DNA from: Lytechinus pictus
Taxonomy: Eukaryota
Direction: 5' to 3'
DNA length: 64,000 nucleotides
Assembly: GCF_037042905.1 (NCBI RefSeq)
Contig: NC_087245.1
Location: 1,240,001-1,304,000, forward strand
Shown here one piece after another: positions 26,271 through 40,299 of the stretch (its first letter is position 1; each line of letters begins with the position of its first letter). The position numbers and the translations under genes are program-made. The notes beneath the pieces are model-generated. The model had not been told where the DNA came from. It saw only the letters and a list, made by a program, of their open reading frames with translations, and made no database searches.

Positions 26271-27816
26271 TTATAGTGGTGCATTATCTTTGATTTTTTT
26301 TAAATAAGCTTACATGAAAAAAATAATCAAATTTCAAATTCAAATTCAAATTCATTTATTTCACTTCCATCAAACAAAAACAAATTGTATACCATATATA
26401 AAACATAAATATTTGTATCCGTTGCAAACAAAATTAATTATACATATGTAGTGAAAAAAAAAAAACACTTAGACGATTTGGGCAACACATTGTAGGTTTT
26501 AAATATATATACTATTTTTCAATATAAATTAAATTAAGATGGAAATGGAGGGGCCCACTAAAAAGCAATGCTTGTACAATGTGGGCCCCTCAAGAAATAG
26601 ATAACACAACAAATAACAAAATGACAAAGTATAAATACAGATAATCAAATGAGAAAAGAATGAATAAATGAGAGGGAAATACTCACAAAATAAATACAAA
26701 GTAATAAAAAATATACAGTTTGGTGAAGGACAAAACAACCCGTCCTAAAAATATCTACCCTTCCCACCCCCCCCCCCCCCCCAGAAAAACTTGAGAAGAA
26801 AAAAAAAAAAAAAGGGAAAAAGGGGGGAAAAAGGGGGATAAATACCAAATTTAATTTGGTATTTATTTTACTGATTCTTCTAAATATTTATGCATTTCTT
26901 TAATTTATGTTATGTGTTTATTTGACTTCTTCGGCTTTATTTTAAATCGGTTTTAAATTTGTCGAATAGTAGAAACTAATTTATTTGAATTGCTAATCCT
27001 CTTCTCGGTGAGCAAGTGAATTTTGACTTTCTTCTATTAAGTTTGGTTATCTGGTATTCTTTCGCTAACTTGAAGATGGTTCACATGTCCACCGTACTCT
27101 TATGATTGAGCAACACATCAAGATTCTTTGTATGATGACGATATATATTCTGATAGCTTCCTACTTTCGGTATCCTTTTTTTCCAGGGCACTTCAATTTC
27201 GCCCCATCCTTTCCTCGTTCATTTGCCAAGTACCCAATATTAAAATGTTACCTTTTATCCTCTGTATATCCGTATGTTATGGAGTTGCAATATAAATTTC
27301 TGCTATATCATATACTATTTTCAATTCGTGTCAATGACTATTGTATTTCTACTATTGTGTGAATATTTTTGATTTATATATTTGATGTAAATATTTCTTA
27401 AGGGAATACAGGACTCTCTGGCAGAGCTGGTGCTCCGTTTGCCATTATGGCGACGACTATGCTAGCATGCATCAGCAGCCAATCACAATCAAGGCTTTCA
27501 CGGCAATAGGTTGGCCGTAATCGAACTGACGATACTCTGTTCAAATAAAAGTGAAATAAGAAAAAAAAAACAGATTTGCATTAAAATTTCATTTATCGTT
27601 TTATTCTTCATCTTTATCTTATTCTGTTTTTTCTCCTGTCCTTCCTTTTCTTCTTTTACCCCCCCCCCCTTTTTTTTTAGTGCCGCTAAGAGGGGGGTCC
27701 GTGGTCCCTTCGGCAACCCTCCTTGGGTCCAGCTATGAATAGGATCAAATTAAACGAGCATAACAATACGATACAATAAGATATTAAATTTTGATTATTA
27801 CGGTAATACAAATCCA

Positions 27817-28120
27817 TGTTTGTAAATCCCAGCCATGGCCTGTTTTCCTTCAGCAAGATATTAACCGATATTGTGCTGCACTCTAAATGAAGTGAATGGG
27901 TGGGTACCCGGTAGGATATATTCCTCGATTCGTAGTAGACTTTATGCAATAATAGCTACGTTGTATAAATGGACCAAAGGACCCCATTGGACATGTTGGA
28001 AATAAGCCATCTCGGCTTTCATAAGATATCCTGTCAAGGTACTTTTTTATACTTTGCATTATTCATGTACTTGTTATCTTTTACCTGACAAATAAAATCA
28101 ATCAATGAATGAATCAATCA
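27817..28120 (+). mobile_element. 5'-truncated SINE sharing its core with 38914-39249 but with a different tail
   Basis: AATCCCAGCCATGGC...AGCAAGA...GCTGCACTC...GTACCC is shared; ends AATAAA(ATCA)n. Confidence 0.6.
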
Positions 28121-29269
28121 AATTATTACAATAAAGTGACTCGCAAATCGCCCATGCAATCTACTCTGTAGTGCTAAAGGTAGAGCTACCTGAGAAGGCA
28201 GCGATACCATTTAGATTTTTCCGACTGGAGGCTTTTCCACAAATTAGGACTTGCATGAGCAAAGGATCACCAAGTTATTTTTTTTACTTTTGGAATTACA
28301 GGGACCCCTAATGGTCGTATTGACAAATAAAAATGCATTGCGGTGCTGATACGTGAATGCAATAAAAAGCGCATCGAAAAAGGGTGCCAGTAGAGAAAAT
28401 TTGAAATAGGCGTACGAGCACATTTATCGACATGATTGGCAATGTGATCATACGAGCAGCAGCATTTTGAAGCTAATGAACTGATTCCGGGGTAAATTGC
28501 AAAATGAGAAAATGATTTATTACACAATCACGTAAATTAACCTGTCATTTTTTAAGCTTTCGCTTCGTCAGACCGTGCGTTTTTCTCATGTCTACACACC
28601 AATCAGATAAACCTTGTTAGAAATAAATACCAGCGTGAAAGATCATGTGTAAGGGGGGGGGGGGTCGTATCGCAATATAATTAGGTATAACTTTCAAAGT
28701 AACTAGATAGAATGGCGACAACATATTGATCCTCCATCCCCCCCCGGCTCAAGTAAGGATTGACGCCCAGGTATTAATGTACAGTAAGAAGAATTAGTAA
28801 AATATTTAAAAACAAGTATATGAAATAGGCACCAAGCAGAGCGCCATGAGAGGCGTGAACATCCATCACCAGGCGAGCGCACCCACAAAAAGTGATTATA
28901 ACTTACAGCTTAAATTGGTAGTTAATCATATTTCTTGGAATAGAAAGACAATTTAAGGGAATAATTTTTTTTGCTAAATTGTATTTCAAATAAAAAAAGT
29001 TGGCACTTGGCATCCTTACATGTCATGCATAGATAGAACTGTTAAACTGTAATGCAAAATACCATAACTTTGATATTTTCATCAAATTCAGATGAATTTT
29101 CAGTATTTTGATTGTTTATTATTTTATTCCATACATTGAAACGCGGGTGACAGATACACAGAACAGAAAAACTGAATGATATTTTACCAAATGATAACAT
29201 CGGCATTTATGTGCCCTGAGCGATTCCATGAATGGTTGTTTTTTACCCTCTTTTTGTATATAGCTGTAT

Positions 29270-29278
29270 ACTACTATA

Positions 29279-29364
<86 letters not shown>

Positions 29365-29442
29365 GTACTACTACTACTACTGCTGCTGCTACTGCTACTA
29401 TTATACTACTACTACTATTACCATGGAGCTAATAGCTCTATG

Positions 29443-29497
<55 letters not shown>

Positions 29498-29543
29498 TAC
29501 TACTACTACTACTACTACTACTTCTACTACTGCTACTACTATA

Positions 29544-29596
<53 letters not shown>

Positions 29597-29662
29597 AAAC
29601 TACTACTACTACTACTACTACTACGTCTACGTCTACTAATACTACCATCACTACTACTACGA
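29270..29662. repeat. (ACT)n microsatellite, interrupted
   Basis: Directly visible. Confidence 0.98.
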
Positions 29663-32600
29663 CTTGGAATCATGCAGCAACTAAAATGTTAAAGAAATTT
29701 CATACAAAGGGAACATGATCGGTTTCCATTTCAATCTAATTTCAAGTCAAACGATTCAAATACAGTAGACATTTTCACATTTTCACCAAGGTGAATTTGT
29801 CACGGAAATCATGAATAATCATGAATTCACAATACTGTATGCTATCTTTCACCCTTTGAGACTTCAATTTTATCTTCAATCACTTGGTAAGGCCAATGGG
29901 ATGGTTATCTCTCTCATGTATAATTTGAATATAATGATGGCATCAGAATACCATCTTCTTTTGGCATCTGCATACATGTTTACCTCACCGCTATCTTCCC
30001 CCTTGTACTAATCATCATTAACCTGTAAACGTTATTAACCCCACATAATTTCCAGGTAAATTATGTTTTTTACAATCATCTAACGATAGAAGCCTGAATA
30101 GAAATTGAAATTTGTAAAATGAAAATTTGCAAAATGACGAAACTTGGTATGTAGTACTCATGTATTTAGAACTTACTCGTTTGTTGAAACCAGTGCTGAA
30201 AATCATCTTTTACAGTTTTAGTAATAGAATCGATGTATTGGCAAGCAGTGATTATTCCTAGAATGCAGTTTTCAGTCGCGATTAGTTTAGAGACAAAGCC
30301 GCCATCATTATTATGTCAGGTTATTTAGAATAAAGAGAGAAAAATCGAAGATGATAATGAAGCATACCATTCATGATTTCATTTAAATGTGTTAGTAAAC
30401 AGTGACATGTAGTAAGCTCATGGTGAAACACTCTTTAACTTGCCATGCTTGCCTTGTGCGTCTCAATATCTGAAATTCTTGTTATAATATGCGATGAGTA
30501 AAACGCGATATGTCTTAAGTTATACGGTAAATGAGTAAGAAAAATTATAAATTACTTTATCTATTCAATATTACAATTACAAATATGAAAATCTGCATGG
30601 ATGTAAAACAAGAAATATAATTATGTGAAACATCAGTTGCTTCATTTTCATACCATCCATAATGTGCACATGATATAGCTAAGGGTGTATCAAACTCATC
30701 TTCGATTTTTCCCCCTTTGATGACTTGTGTAAAATAAATTGACCATATGGACTGAAACTTCGACAACAACAATAACGTCAAAATATTATATAGGCCCATA
30801 TCTAGCATCATAAACCTGATGAATAATTTACTGCTTCAAAGAGAACCCCCTTATTATGACACTGCTCAATTTAAATGCAATTCTTTGCTCCGAGCGTTTT
30901 TCCACTCCCTTTTTTATTTGTTTGATCAGCTTTGTTTAATGCTGTCACAATCATTTAAAGATCGCTTCCACCTAAGCTTCACTGTAATTGAATAACTCGT
31001 AACATTTTGTATTACCCCCCCCCCCACAACTAATGAAGATGAATTGATATAATCGGTAGGATTGGTCAATACACCGAATAGATCGAAGGAGCATCTCATT
31101 TCCATGTATTAAAATGGTTTTACAGAGATCTATGATCAGAGATGATTTTAAGTGAAGGTTTGAATAATTTAAAAATTACGCGGACTTATCTTAATGGTCA
31201 GCGCATGAGACAAGACAGGTGGAAAGAGAAGCCTATTATGTTTCATTTGCATGTTTGTTCTTTTGTATTCTTTGTCTTGTGAATTAAGCAAATGTACCTA
31301 TATTTTGTATTTTTCAATAAGTACTGTACTGGCAAATATGAATTGTTGTGTTTAATAAGCTCGCTCGGATGCTTTGAACGCTCACAAAGCTAACAAATTA
31401 ATAATGATACCATACCTCTAATCATTTTATTGTGTTTGAATTATTATTCTGTATCTTGATGACAATATAACAGCTCTAGATAGAAATAGTGTCCAGTGGA
31501 GCCCTGGATATTTATGATATGAATCTTATATTCAAGATTCATTTTCAAATCTCAAAGAATTTCCATTCTATTCTTAACTTAAATTCAAATATCTATACGG
31601 ATTTCATCTAAATCCAGCGCTCGGTTGGCCACCATTTACAACCAATCTGGAAATACTTTCAATGTATTGAGGATTTAACGTCATTCTTGTTTTTAATTTG
31701 GCTCAGTTTCTCATATATACGCTTAATATTCAATACATTATAGTTCAATCAGATGCTGTTTGGCCGCCAAAGTGATCGGACAAGAGGTATTCTGAGTCAT
31801 CGAATTTTATATCCTTATATCCTAGACAAAAAAGACACCTATTTCACAACATAATGGCTCACTCGCTTCCATTATATAAGAATATTTGGCCACGTGGTCG
31901 TATAAGTCACCCAAAACATTATATTAATTGACTTGGTACACATCATTATAATCACCATCCTGCTCGTATGGGGTCGTTGCATGCTTAATTTGCCTCTAGA
32001 CATGCTAGACGGCATAAACCTATACCATGCAGTCCACTTATTTGATGTCATCTCCGATAACGAATTGATGCTCATCTATGAAAACACATACTACTGTAAT
32101 TAAGTTTATAGAACTTTCTTCATTAAGGCAGCTTTATGGAGATAAATAATTATACTCAAGTTTTCCTTTTTTTAATTGCAAACATTGGCAATCCTGTTGC
32201 TGTTTGCTGTATCGGGTAGTAGGTTTATATCCATTGACCTTTTTATTTGTTCCTTGTCAGTTCCTCTATTCAATTAAATGAATAAAAGAGGAAGACTTGT
32301 CTATTCTCCTCGTGAAATTGTATGTAGGCCAAATGAATAACTAAACTCGTTGGGTTGTTGTAAGGTTTCCATAGTGGTTTCACGGCACACCATGTATTCT
32401 TTCGTTGGCATATTATGTTGGTCCTGAAAAATGTCTTGTCGTCAGCGGGAGAATATCTATTCTCTGTCCAAATTCGAAAAAAGGCATAAGTGTATACATG
32501 TAAATCATAAGACATACTTTTATCTGATGAATACAATATATAGGCCAACAAGATTCAGATCTCAGGCTGTCTTTTTGATATAGTGTCGATCCGCATATTT

Positions 32601-34100
32601 CTTCGGTTTTCCTTTCCTCTTTTCACAACATTTACATGTACATTTGTTTTGAAAATCATTCCCTGTACCTCCGCTTCTGAATTGTTTATCTTAAAGGCAA
32701 AGTTCACGGAACATTTTTTTTGGGGGGTCAGATAACTGTGACCCAATAGACTGGAGATGGAGCTCGGTGGTATCACTGTAATGATTGATGGTTTCTATCA
32801 TTCCGTACAACTTTGGTTTATCCAAATATAAAGCGGTGAAGATAATTTTGATCACGATGATGCTAAAGAAAGTCGCCCAGATGATGTAAATTTTAGGCCG
32901 ATTTCAATGAGCATGCTATGATGAAGTAAGGCGTTATTTTAATCTTATGATTTTTTTCAACCTAAATTTATTTGAAATTTAAAACTTTAACATAAGACTG
33001 CATAGACGTTTTTTAACTAATACCCTGTTCTAAATACATTTATGGCCCTTTTTCAGCACTCAGTGTCTCCCGCTGTATACGCTAGCCTGGCCTCGAGGTA
33101 TTATATATAATTTATATTGAGGTTCTCACGCAACACTTCTTTAAAAAAAATGTTTATCACATCCACTTTGAGGATTAAATTTGATCAGATTGGCAATATG
33201 AAGATACACTGAAAAATAAACGATCTACTCTAATTTTAAAAGACACTTTATCAAGGGGCTCTGAATAGAATGTCCATTAGGAAATGAAAAGCTTTTTGTT
33301 ATTTTGACATGAATATTGGCATTTTGTATAAAAAAAAAAAAAAAAAAAAAAATATTGTTATGTTTGAGAGATTCCATCATTTTTATACGAATCTAGTATT
33401 CTTTATTTAAATAATTTTATTGGGTGCTCCTCTGACAAAATTATATTCTTTTATAAATTCCGTGTGCATTACTGTCGATGAATTATTACTCATGTCAAAG
33501 TCCTTTTCATGCTGCATCCTGGGTCTGTCATTTTTCACAATCACACTTTGATAATACTTTGTAAAAAAAAAAAAAGGTTCTACTTTATTACCACATCAAA
33601 GAACCAGAAGAATTCTTTGAGCTTGAGATTTTGTTATATCGAATAGTCTTTACAAATGGCATATCAATAATAGTACATGTACTGTGATATCTAAAGTTAT
33701 ATGATAGTATTTGCACAAGACATTACAATACAACTAGAGGACGGGATAGTAGTAATTTGTAATTCATAACTCACAGCATACTTGTTTTTCTATGCCGGGC
33801 ATGGTTAGAATATATTCCATTTTTACTTTATAGTATTCGGTGTTTTATTTTGCTCACATAAAACTTTAGTTGAATATTCTTGGGTTTTTTGTGTTTACAT
33901 TTCATTTATATTCGTTTTGTATTGATTGTAGTTATAATTGTTTGGTTGCTTCCATTTCTTAATTGATTTACGCTGTATCTACGATACGATCCATCCTCGA
34001 TTTACAGTGATTATGCTATTATGTATTTAGTCTTTTAAAAGACAAATTTGTGTGTACATAATGTCTTTTTGTACAGGACCAAGATTGAAAACAATGTCCT

Positions 34101-34324
34101 CAGGGGCGGATCCAGGATTTTTTGCAGGGGGGGGGGGTGGGCACATTTTCCAGAGGAAAGGGGATTACGTCCACGAAAAGTTTTGACAAGAAAGAAAAAA
34201 GGGTCTTCACTTTTAAAAAGGGGGGAGGCACACTTCTGTTTTAACGGCATTTTTACATTACTAATTTTAATTGTGCCTCTCAAAAGGGCGGCACGTTAGA
34301 CTGTGCCCCCTGGATCCGCCAGTG
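34101..34324. mobile_element. hAT-like MITE
   Basis: CAGGGGCGGATCCAGG / CCTGGATCCGCCAGTG TIRs; 8-bp flanks AATGTCCT / AGTGTCCT (one mismatch). Confidence 0.7.
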
Positions 34325-37300
34325 AGTGTCCTGATCTTGTTAATAATTTATTACGTTGATGTGAAATTAAACTTTGAATAACAAGCTCTTAAAGGTCATG
34401 TTGAAATTCACAGGAATTGATAAATGACAAGACTTCACATTAAAAAATACAGTCTCAATCTAAAAGAGATAAAGGATATTGAAAAAGCTGTTAATTTTGA
34501 GGAAGGTTATATTAAAAAGTGATGGATAGTAACTTTCTTCATGCTTTGAGGATTGATCGACTTCATTAATAAACGAATTAGTGAAGGTAGATTATTTCAA
34601 GCTGCAGCGAAAAATGTTCATCAGTCTGGAATTTTAATCGAAAAATGTGTTTTACTAAAACCCCATGTCGGAGGTGGAGCAAGCTATTTGATCGGCAATG
34701 ATCAATATCATGTCGTTATCATGATAATGAATATCTTGCAAAGAGAATTGAAGCGAAAAGTGATGTGACAGTTGAAATTGGATTGCTCATTACGCGTCCA
34801 TTTAATTAGCGTGTAATGTGCATGAGCTTGGTGATAAAGGCTATTAGCATGATTAAAACGTCATTGAATCGAACAAATGATATTTTCCTATACAACAAGA
34901 GTTGTAAATGGTAACATTATACCATAATATATCATTCCGATAAGTTGCGAGTCAATATACCCACACTGTAAAAGTCGGGATCTTAAAACTGACACCCCTG
35001 GTGTTCCTATATAGAGGACCACATCCTGAGGTCTTAAAACATGTAAAATGACACCCCAAAAAATCGAACACCAAACAGTGTGAAAATAACAACCAAAGTT
35101 TGTTTTTCTAAACCGGTAGGTGTTCAAGCATAACCTGATAATACCGAAGTTTAGCACTGCTGTTGTCATCGGTATCTGCTCGGTGTTTCAACGAATTATT
35201 GTTGTTAAATCATTGACCCTGTGATTTCATGACGATCATTTTGATCCTGTACTTAAAAAATGTATCGATGACCGTCATTTCTGCAATGAGAAGCGAGGGA
35301 CAGAGCTAAAAACTGCTTTTCGCCAAAGAAACGAGTCGAAAGACATGAGAAGAAATTTCCACAATAGATTGACGCAGGAATTCAATTTAAAATATAAAAA
35401 AAATACTCGTCTTTTTTTGTAATTATTGCACTTTATAGAAATAACAGTTTCATAAACATAACCCATTCGCAAATTTAAAGGCCATCGATTCCTGGAACTA
35501 AGAGCTTGAGGGCGTTATTGGATAAACCAAGGACTGTAACTGTCTTTGTATACGCACTGCAAGTTTACCCGGACAAAAATAGCCGGAAAAAAAATGTTTT
35601 AAAAATATATTGGTGAAGGTTTAAAGAAAATCCATCGAAGATTTCAAAATTTAATAGAATTTAAGTGAAATGTCATTTTCAAAAAAAAGAAAGGGAAAAT
35701 GGGTTTTATTGTACCTTCAGTATATCAACAAACTAATTTTTCTACATCCGCATCCGAAAGAAGAAAGTATTTAGTCATCAAGAACCACTAAAAATTAAAA
35801 TGTATGCAATTTATAGGACATTACATATTTGGCGGCTGCTCGTATATGACATAAAAAACTGAAACTTCTAATAACTTTCTTAATCTTTAATGGATTAAAA
35901 AAAAAAAAAATTCGTCGGGGTGAAATATTCTTTCAATTATTATTTTCGGCAAAGCAGTTCTGGTTTTTCTCGCTATGAATTACGATCTTGATAGAGTAAC
36001 TTTTAAAACATTTTTATTGTTATATAGCATGCAAAATATAATAATTTCTACATCTATTGCCCTGCCCTAATTATGATTTGCTGTGCAAACCCTTTATTCG
36101 GTGAAAGTTGTCTGAATATGCAGCCTATAGGGTCACTGCCTTTGACTTGTGTATAGAAGAAAAAAGCTTTATATGTGCAATAGTGTCGTGATTTCTGAAT
36201 TTTTATCGCCTAAATCTTGACGTGGTCGTGTCGATTCGCAAACTAGATAGACTTGCCCCTGAAAAGGTCAAGGAGGTAGAGCGGGTGCCTGGCCTCTACC
36301 TAGGGGAACTTCACCCTGGAAGAAAAGTTTGTTGTAAACATGATGACAAAAAAACAAACAATGGTGAAGGTTCGAGGAAAATCCATTATAATTTATTAGA
36401 ATTATTAGAATGTTAAGTTTCTGATGGGTGACGTCATATACGAGCAGCTGTCCAACGTGTTATGTAATACAAAATGCATAAATGTCATTTTTAAAATGAT
36501 TCTCGACGACTTATCTTTTTTTCTTTTTAGCATCCGATGTGAAATGATTTGTTTATTGATATACTAATGGTACAATAAGACTTATTTTCAATTATCTGAG
36601 AAAATGACATTTCACCGAATATTTTACCATACTGTATCTAAAAAGCTGCTCGCATATGACATCACTAATCAAATTCTAATAACTTTTTTATCCTTTGATG
36701 GATTTTCCTCGAACCTAAACCGATATTGTTTATTATTTTTTTCTGCTATTTCAGGGCTAACTTCTCCTTTCATCACGTTTTGGACCCTCACCCAACCAAT
36801 ACCTACTGAAGCCGCGTTTCAACAGCGACTGCATGAATACGTTAACCCCTATCTACATCAGACAAACGACATTAACCGAAGTCAAATGATTTTAATGTTT
36901 TACTGAACTTGTAGCTGCACGGAAGATTAAGTATTTACAGGCTACCGCATATTAAAATAATAATTCAAAAAAAAATCGTCGAGCACTATGGAAGCACATA
37001 AGACTGGTCCGGTTGTGATTGTAAGGCAGCCGGTCTTACCATGGTCTTACATAGTTATTGTGAACTTGATTGGGTCTGATGTTGTTTGAAGGTTTGCATG
37101 GTGGTATGTACAATCGCTGATGTGGTTTACGGTACACCATGTGTAGTGTCATAGAAACAGTGGATAGAAGAAGAGAAGAAAATGGATAGGCGAGAAAGTG
37201 GAGATTTGAGAATAGAGTATTCTTTCTTGTAAGTAGTCCTGAAAAGGACTGTAAACCAGGAAAGATTGAAGAGTTGAGAACAGCTTGAGTAGTAGAGCCG

Positions 37301-37352
37301 ATGAGGAGATGCTGGCTTGAGTAGGCGAGTAGAGATGATGAGTAGTAGAGAG

Positions 37353-37393
37353 ACTCGACGTTTCGGGCAGGTTGACTGTCCGTCTTCAGGAGT
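37353..37393 (-). ncRNA. Minimal type-I hammerhead ribozyme, canonical core
   Basis: Minus strand reads ACUC-CUGAAGA-C-GGACAG(UCAAC)CUGCCC-GAA-ACGU-C-GAGU: CUGANGA and GAAA boxes, GUC cleavage triplet, 4-bp stem I. Confidence 0.9.
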
Positions 37394-37593
37394 GTTTGCA
37401 TGGTGGTATGTACAATCGCTGATGTGGTTTACGGTACACCATGTGTAGTGTCATAGAAACAGTGGATAGAAGAAGAGAAGAAAATGGATAGGCGAGAAAG
37501 TGGAGATTTGAGAATAGAGTATTCTTTCTTGTAAGTAGTCCTGAAAAGGACTGTAAACCAGGAAAGATTGAAGAGTTGAGAACAGCTTGAGTG

Positions 37594-37626
37594 AGACGGA
37601 CAGTCAACCTGCCCGAAACGTCGAGT
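37594..37626 (+). ncRNA. 5'-truncated copy of the same hammerhead (CUGA lost at the inversion junction)
   Basis: AGACGGACAGTCAACCTGCCCGAAACGTCGAGT is identical to the 3' part of the intact motif. Confidence 0.75.
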
Positions 37627-38913
37627 CTCTCTATTACTCATCATCTCTACTCGCCTACTCAAGCCAGCATCTCCTCATCGGCTCTACTACTCAAGCTGTT
37701 CTCAACTCTTCAATCTTTCCTGGTTTACAGTCCTTTTCAGGACTACTTACAAGAAAGAATACTCTATTCTCAAATCTCCACTTTCTCGCCTATCCATTTT
37801 CTTCTCTTCTTCTATCCACTGTTTCTATGACACTACACATGGTGTACCGTAAACCACATCAGCGATTGATTGGGTCTGTACACGCGATAATCGCTTTTGA
37901 ACCAGCCCCCCCCCCCACAAAAAATTAAAAAAAATAAATAAAAAAATAAAATTTGAAAAAGATACTTGTTCCTGTCTCTGTATGTCGTCAACAAAATTCC
38001 TCTCTTATCAGTCACTATACCGACTGTTTATTTTTGCAAAATCATATAATGTATATATCTTTCTGCCCCGGGCCTGGTCGTTATCTCTCCATTAGATTTA
38101 TCTTGCTCTTTTTCTAGAAGAGAACAATATTTAGCTTTTCTCCAGAACTCAGACCTGTAATGCCAAACGGTCGCATCAAAGAAATCGGTTGTTAATCGTA
38201 ATAAATTTTGTAGGTCGGGGACCAGTCTTACAAAGAGTTGCCATTGATCCGATCAACCACTACGATGGAACTCCAGGAACATCAACTTCTAAAATGCATG
38301 TTTCTTCAAAAAAAATCTAGACATGTATATTCATATATTCGTATTTTCTTGAAAATTTAGTGTGCTTTTCTTTTTTAACATAGGACAAAAATTTGCAAAA
38401 AAAAGAGCAAAATTCCTTTATTTTTTTTTGGCTTGTCAAGATTTTCCTCCGAAAAATTTGCCCCCCCCCCATTTGGAAAATCCTGGATCCGCCCCTGGCG
38501 TAATAATTATCATGGTTATCCGCTTCCTTTGGAGCTTTAAGTGAAACTCCATTAACAATATTCTATGAACTCAAGGGTGGAGTATACCCTTCTATGTACT
38601 CCAATACATATAATGGCTAAAATGTCATTTTCCCCAAAAAGTTTTATTTCAAATTAATTTTCTTGCAACTTGTTGCCAATTTGAAATCTACATGGTCTTA
38701 GCATGGTCTTAGTTATCTCAATTTATAAGCAGCTATAACTTTCTTATTGCCTGTCGGATTTCTTTCAAACGTTCATCATTCTGTTTAATCTATTTTTCTC
38801 CTTCCCAAAATAACATTTTATAGCCAAGGCAGGATTCCCCTTTAATTATTGCTCTCATGCATAACAGGCGACATAGGCCTAGATTCGTCTATTTTCTTTT
38901 AATCTGTCATTGT

Positions 38914-39199
38914 GGAGCGTTGTGGCCCAGTGGATTAGTCTTCTAACTTTGAAACAGAGGGTCGTGGGTTCGAATCCCAGCCATGGCGTAATTTCCTTTA
39001 GCAAGAAATTTATCCACATTCTGCTGCACTCAACCCAGGCGAGGTGAATTAGTACCCAGCAGGATTAATTCCTTGAATGCATGAGCGCTGAAAAGCAGCT
39101 CGAGCTAAAGCCGGGGTAATGATAATAATAACAATGCGCCCAAGGCTCGGAATAGAATATTTCTAGATAGATGGCGCTATATAAATGCCTATTATTATA

Positions 39200-39246
<47 letters not shown>

Positions 39247-39249
39247 TAT
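38914..39249 (+). mobile_element. Full-length tRNA-derived SINE with LINE-like tail
   Basis: A box TGGCCCAGTGG, B box GGTTCGAATCC, central domain, then GCGCTATATAAAT and a (TAT)n tail. Confidence 0.88.
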
Positions 39250-39645
39250 CCGTTCATATCTTTCTTCTTTTGGGCATGAAAATTCTACACCTACATCCAT
39301 CATGCTTTCATAGTGATTGTTTTATTCAGTTTTGCAAGGGATTTTTGGAAGTGGCCCCCCGAGGGAGTGCCATATAATGCATGTTCCATGCATTTCAAAC
39401 TGTGTTCGTGTAACGAACAGATCACGAGATGGCAGTACACAAGTATGCCAGTCAGAAACATTCATTTCATGCGTCTCAAATTTGACAGATCTTGAAGAGA
39501 AAATGTAAATTTCCAAGAGAATATCGGCATTATCATCATGGAAGCTTATATACCAGTCACTCTAGCAGGTAATGCTGGGCATGCTGGGAGGGGGAGGGAG
39601 GTGGGGCGGGTGACAACTCGGGTGAACGTAAAGAGTGAAGCTTAA

Positions 39646-40233
39646 AGGAAAATGAAACCTTTGGAACAAGGTATAGCTTGTGTGAAAACAGAAAAATCAA
39701 AGAAACAGATCAACGAAAGTTTGAGAAATATTGAATGAATAATAAGAGAGTTATGAGCATTTGAAGTTTAGATAATTATTGTAATGTAGAACCTCCCATT
39801 GGCAATGCCCCAAAGATGTGTGATATCACATGTGAACAACTTTCACATTGCTTTCATATATATTTCACTTAAAATGCCTCTTTTATCACATCTATCAGTA
39901 GATCATTTATTCTTTCTATAGGAGGGCTTGTAATACAGATTTTCAAAGAAGATATTATGGATAAAGAGTTTGTATCACCATAAGCAAGAGCAAAAAGATA
40001 CATTTCGGGGGTATTTTTATAGTCCATCAAAGGGAAAGTTGTTCACATGTGACATCACACATATCTGTCGCATTGCGGCAATGGGAGGAACTCCATATCA
40101 TTAGTGATCATAATATTCAAATGCTCATAACTTTCTCATTATTTGTCAGATTTTTCTCAAAATTTCTTTGATCTTATTCTTTGATTTTTTTCTTTCCACA
40201 CAGGCCCACTTGTTCCTAGGGTTTCATTCCCCT
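39646..40233. mobile_element. TTAA MITE family C (Kolobok-like)
   Basis: TTAA-AGGAAAATGAAACC...GGTTTCATTCCCCT-TTAA with long imperfect TIRs. Confidence 0.8.
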
Positions 40234-40299
40234 TTAAGTACATTTTAGTTTTATTCTCATTAAAAAAGGGATAATTTACCTCACAAAGCATACAGAAAC

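Larger units (their letters stand above)
37079..37865. mobile_element. Retrozyme-like non-autonomous retroelement: ~2.6 copies of a 302-nt hammerhead-bearing monomer, one inverted
   Basis: 37092-37393 repeats at 37394-37592; inverted copy at 37594-37867; TTGATTGGGTCTG duplicated at 37066-37078 and 37866-37878. Confidence 0.8.

Noticed and set aside
29176..29718. Poly-Leu/Thr/Val ORFs
   Set aside because: Translations of the (ACT)n microsatellite.
37036..37928. Three ORFs with near-identical peptides
   Set aside because: By-products of the repeated non-coding monomer; no recognisable domain.
38914..38990. tRNA gene
   Set aside because: Continues into a SINE body and tail; same reasoning for 24515-24591 and 50260-50330.
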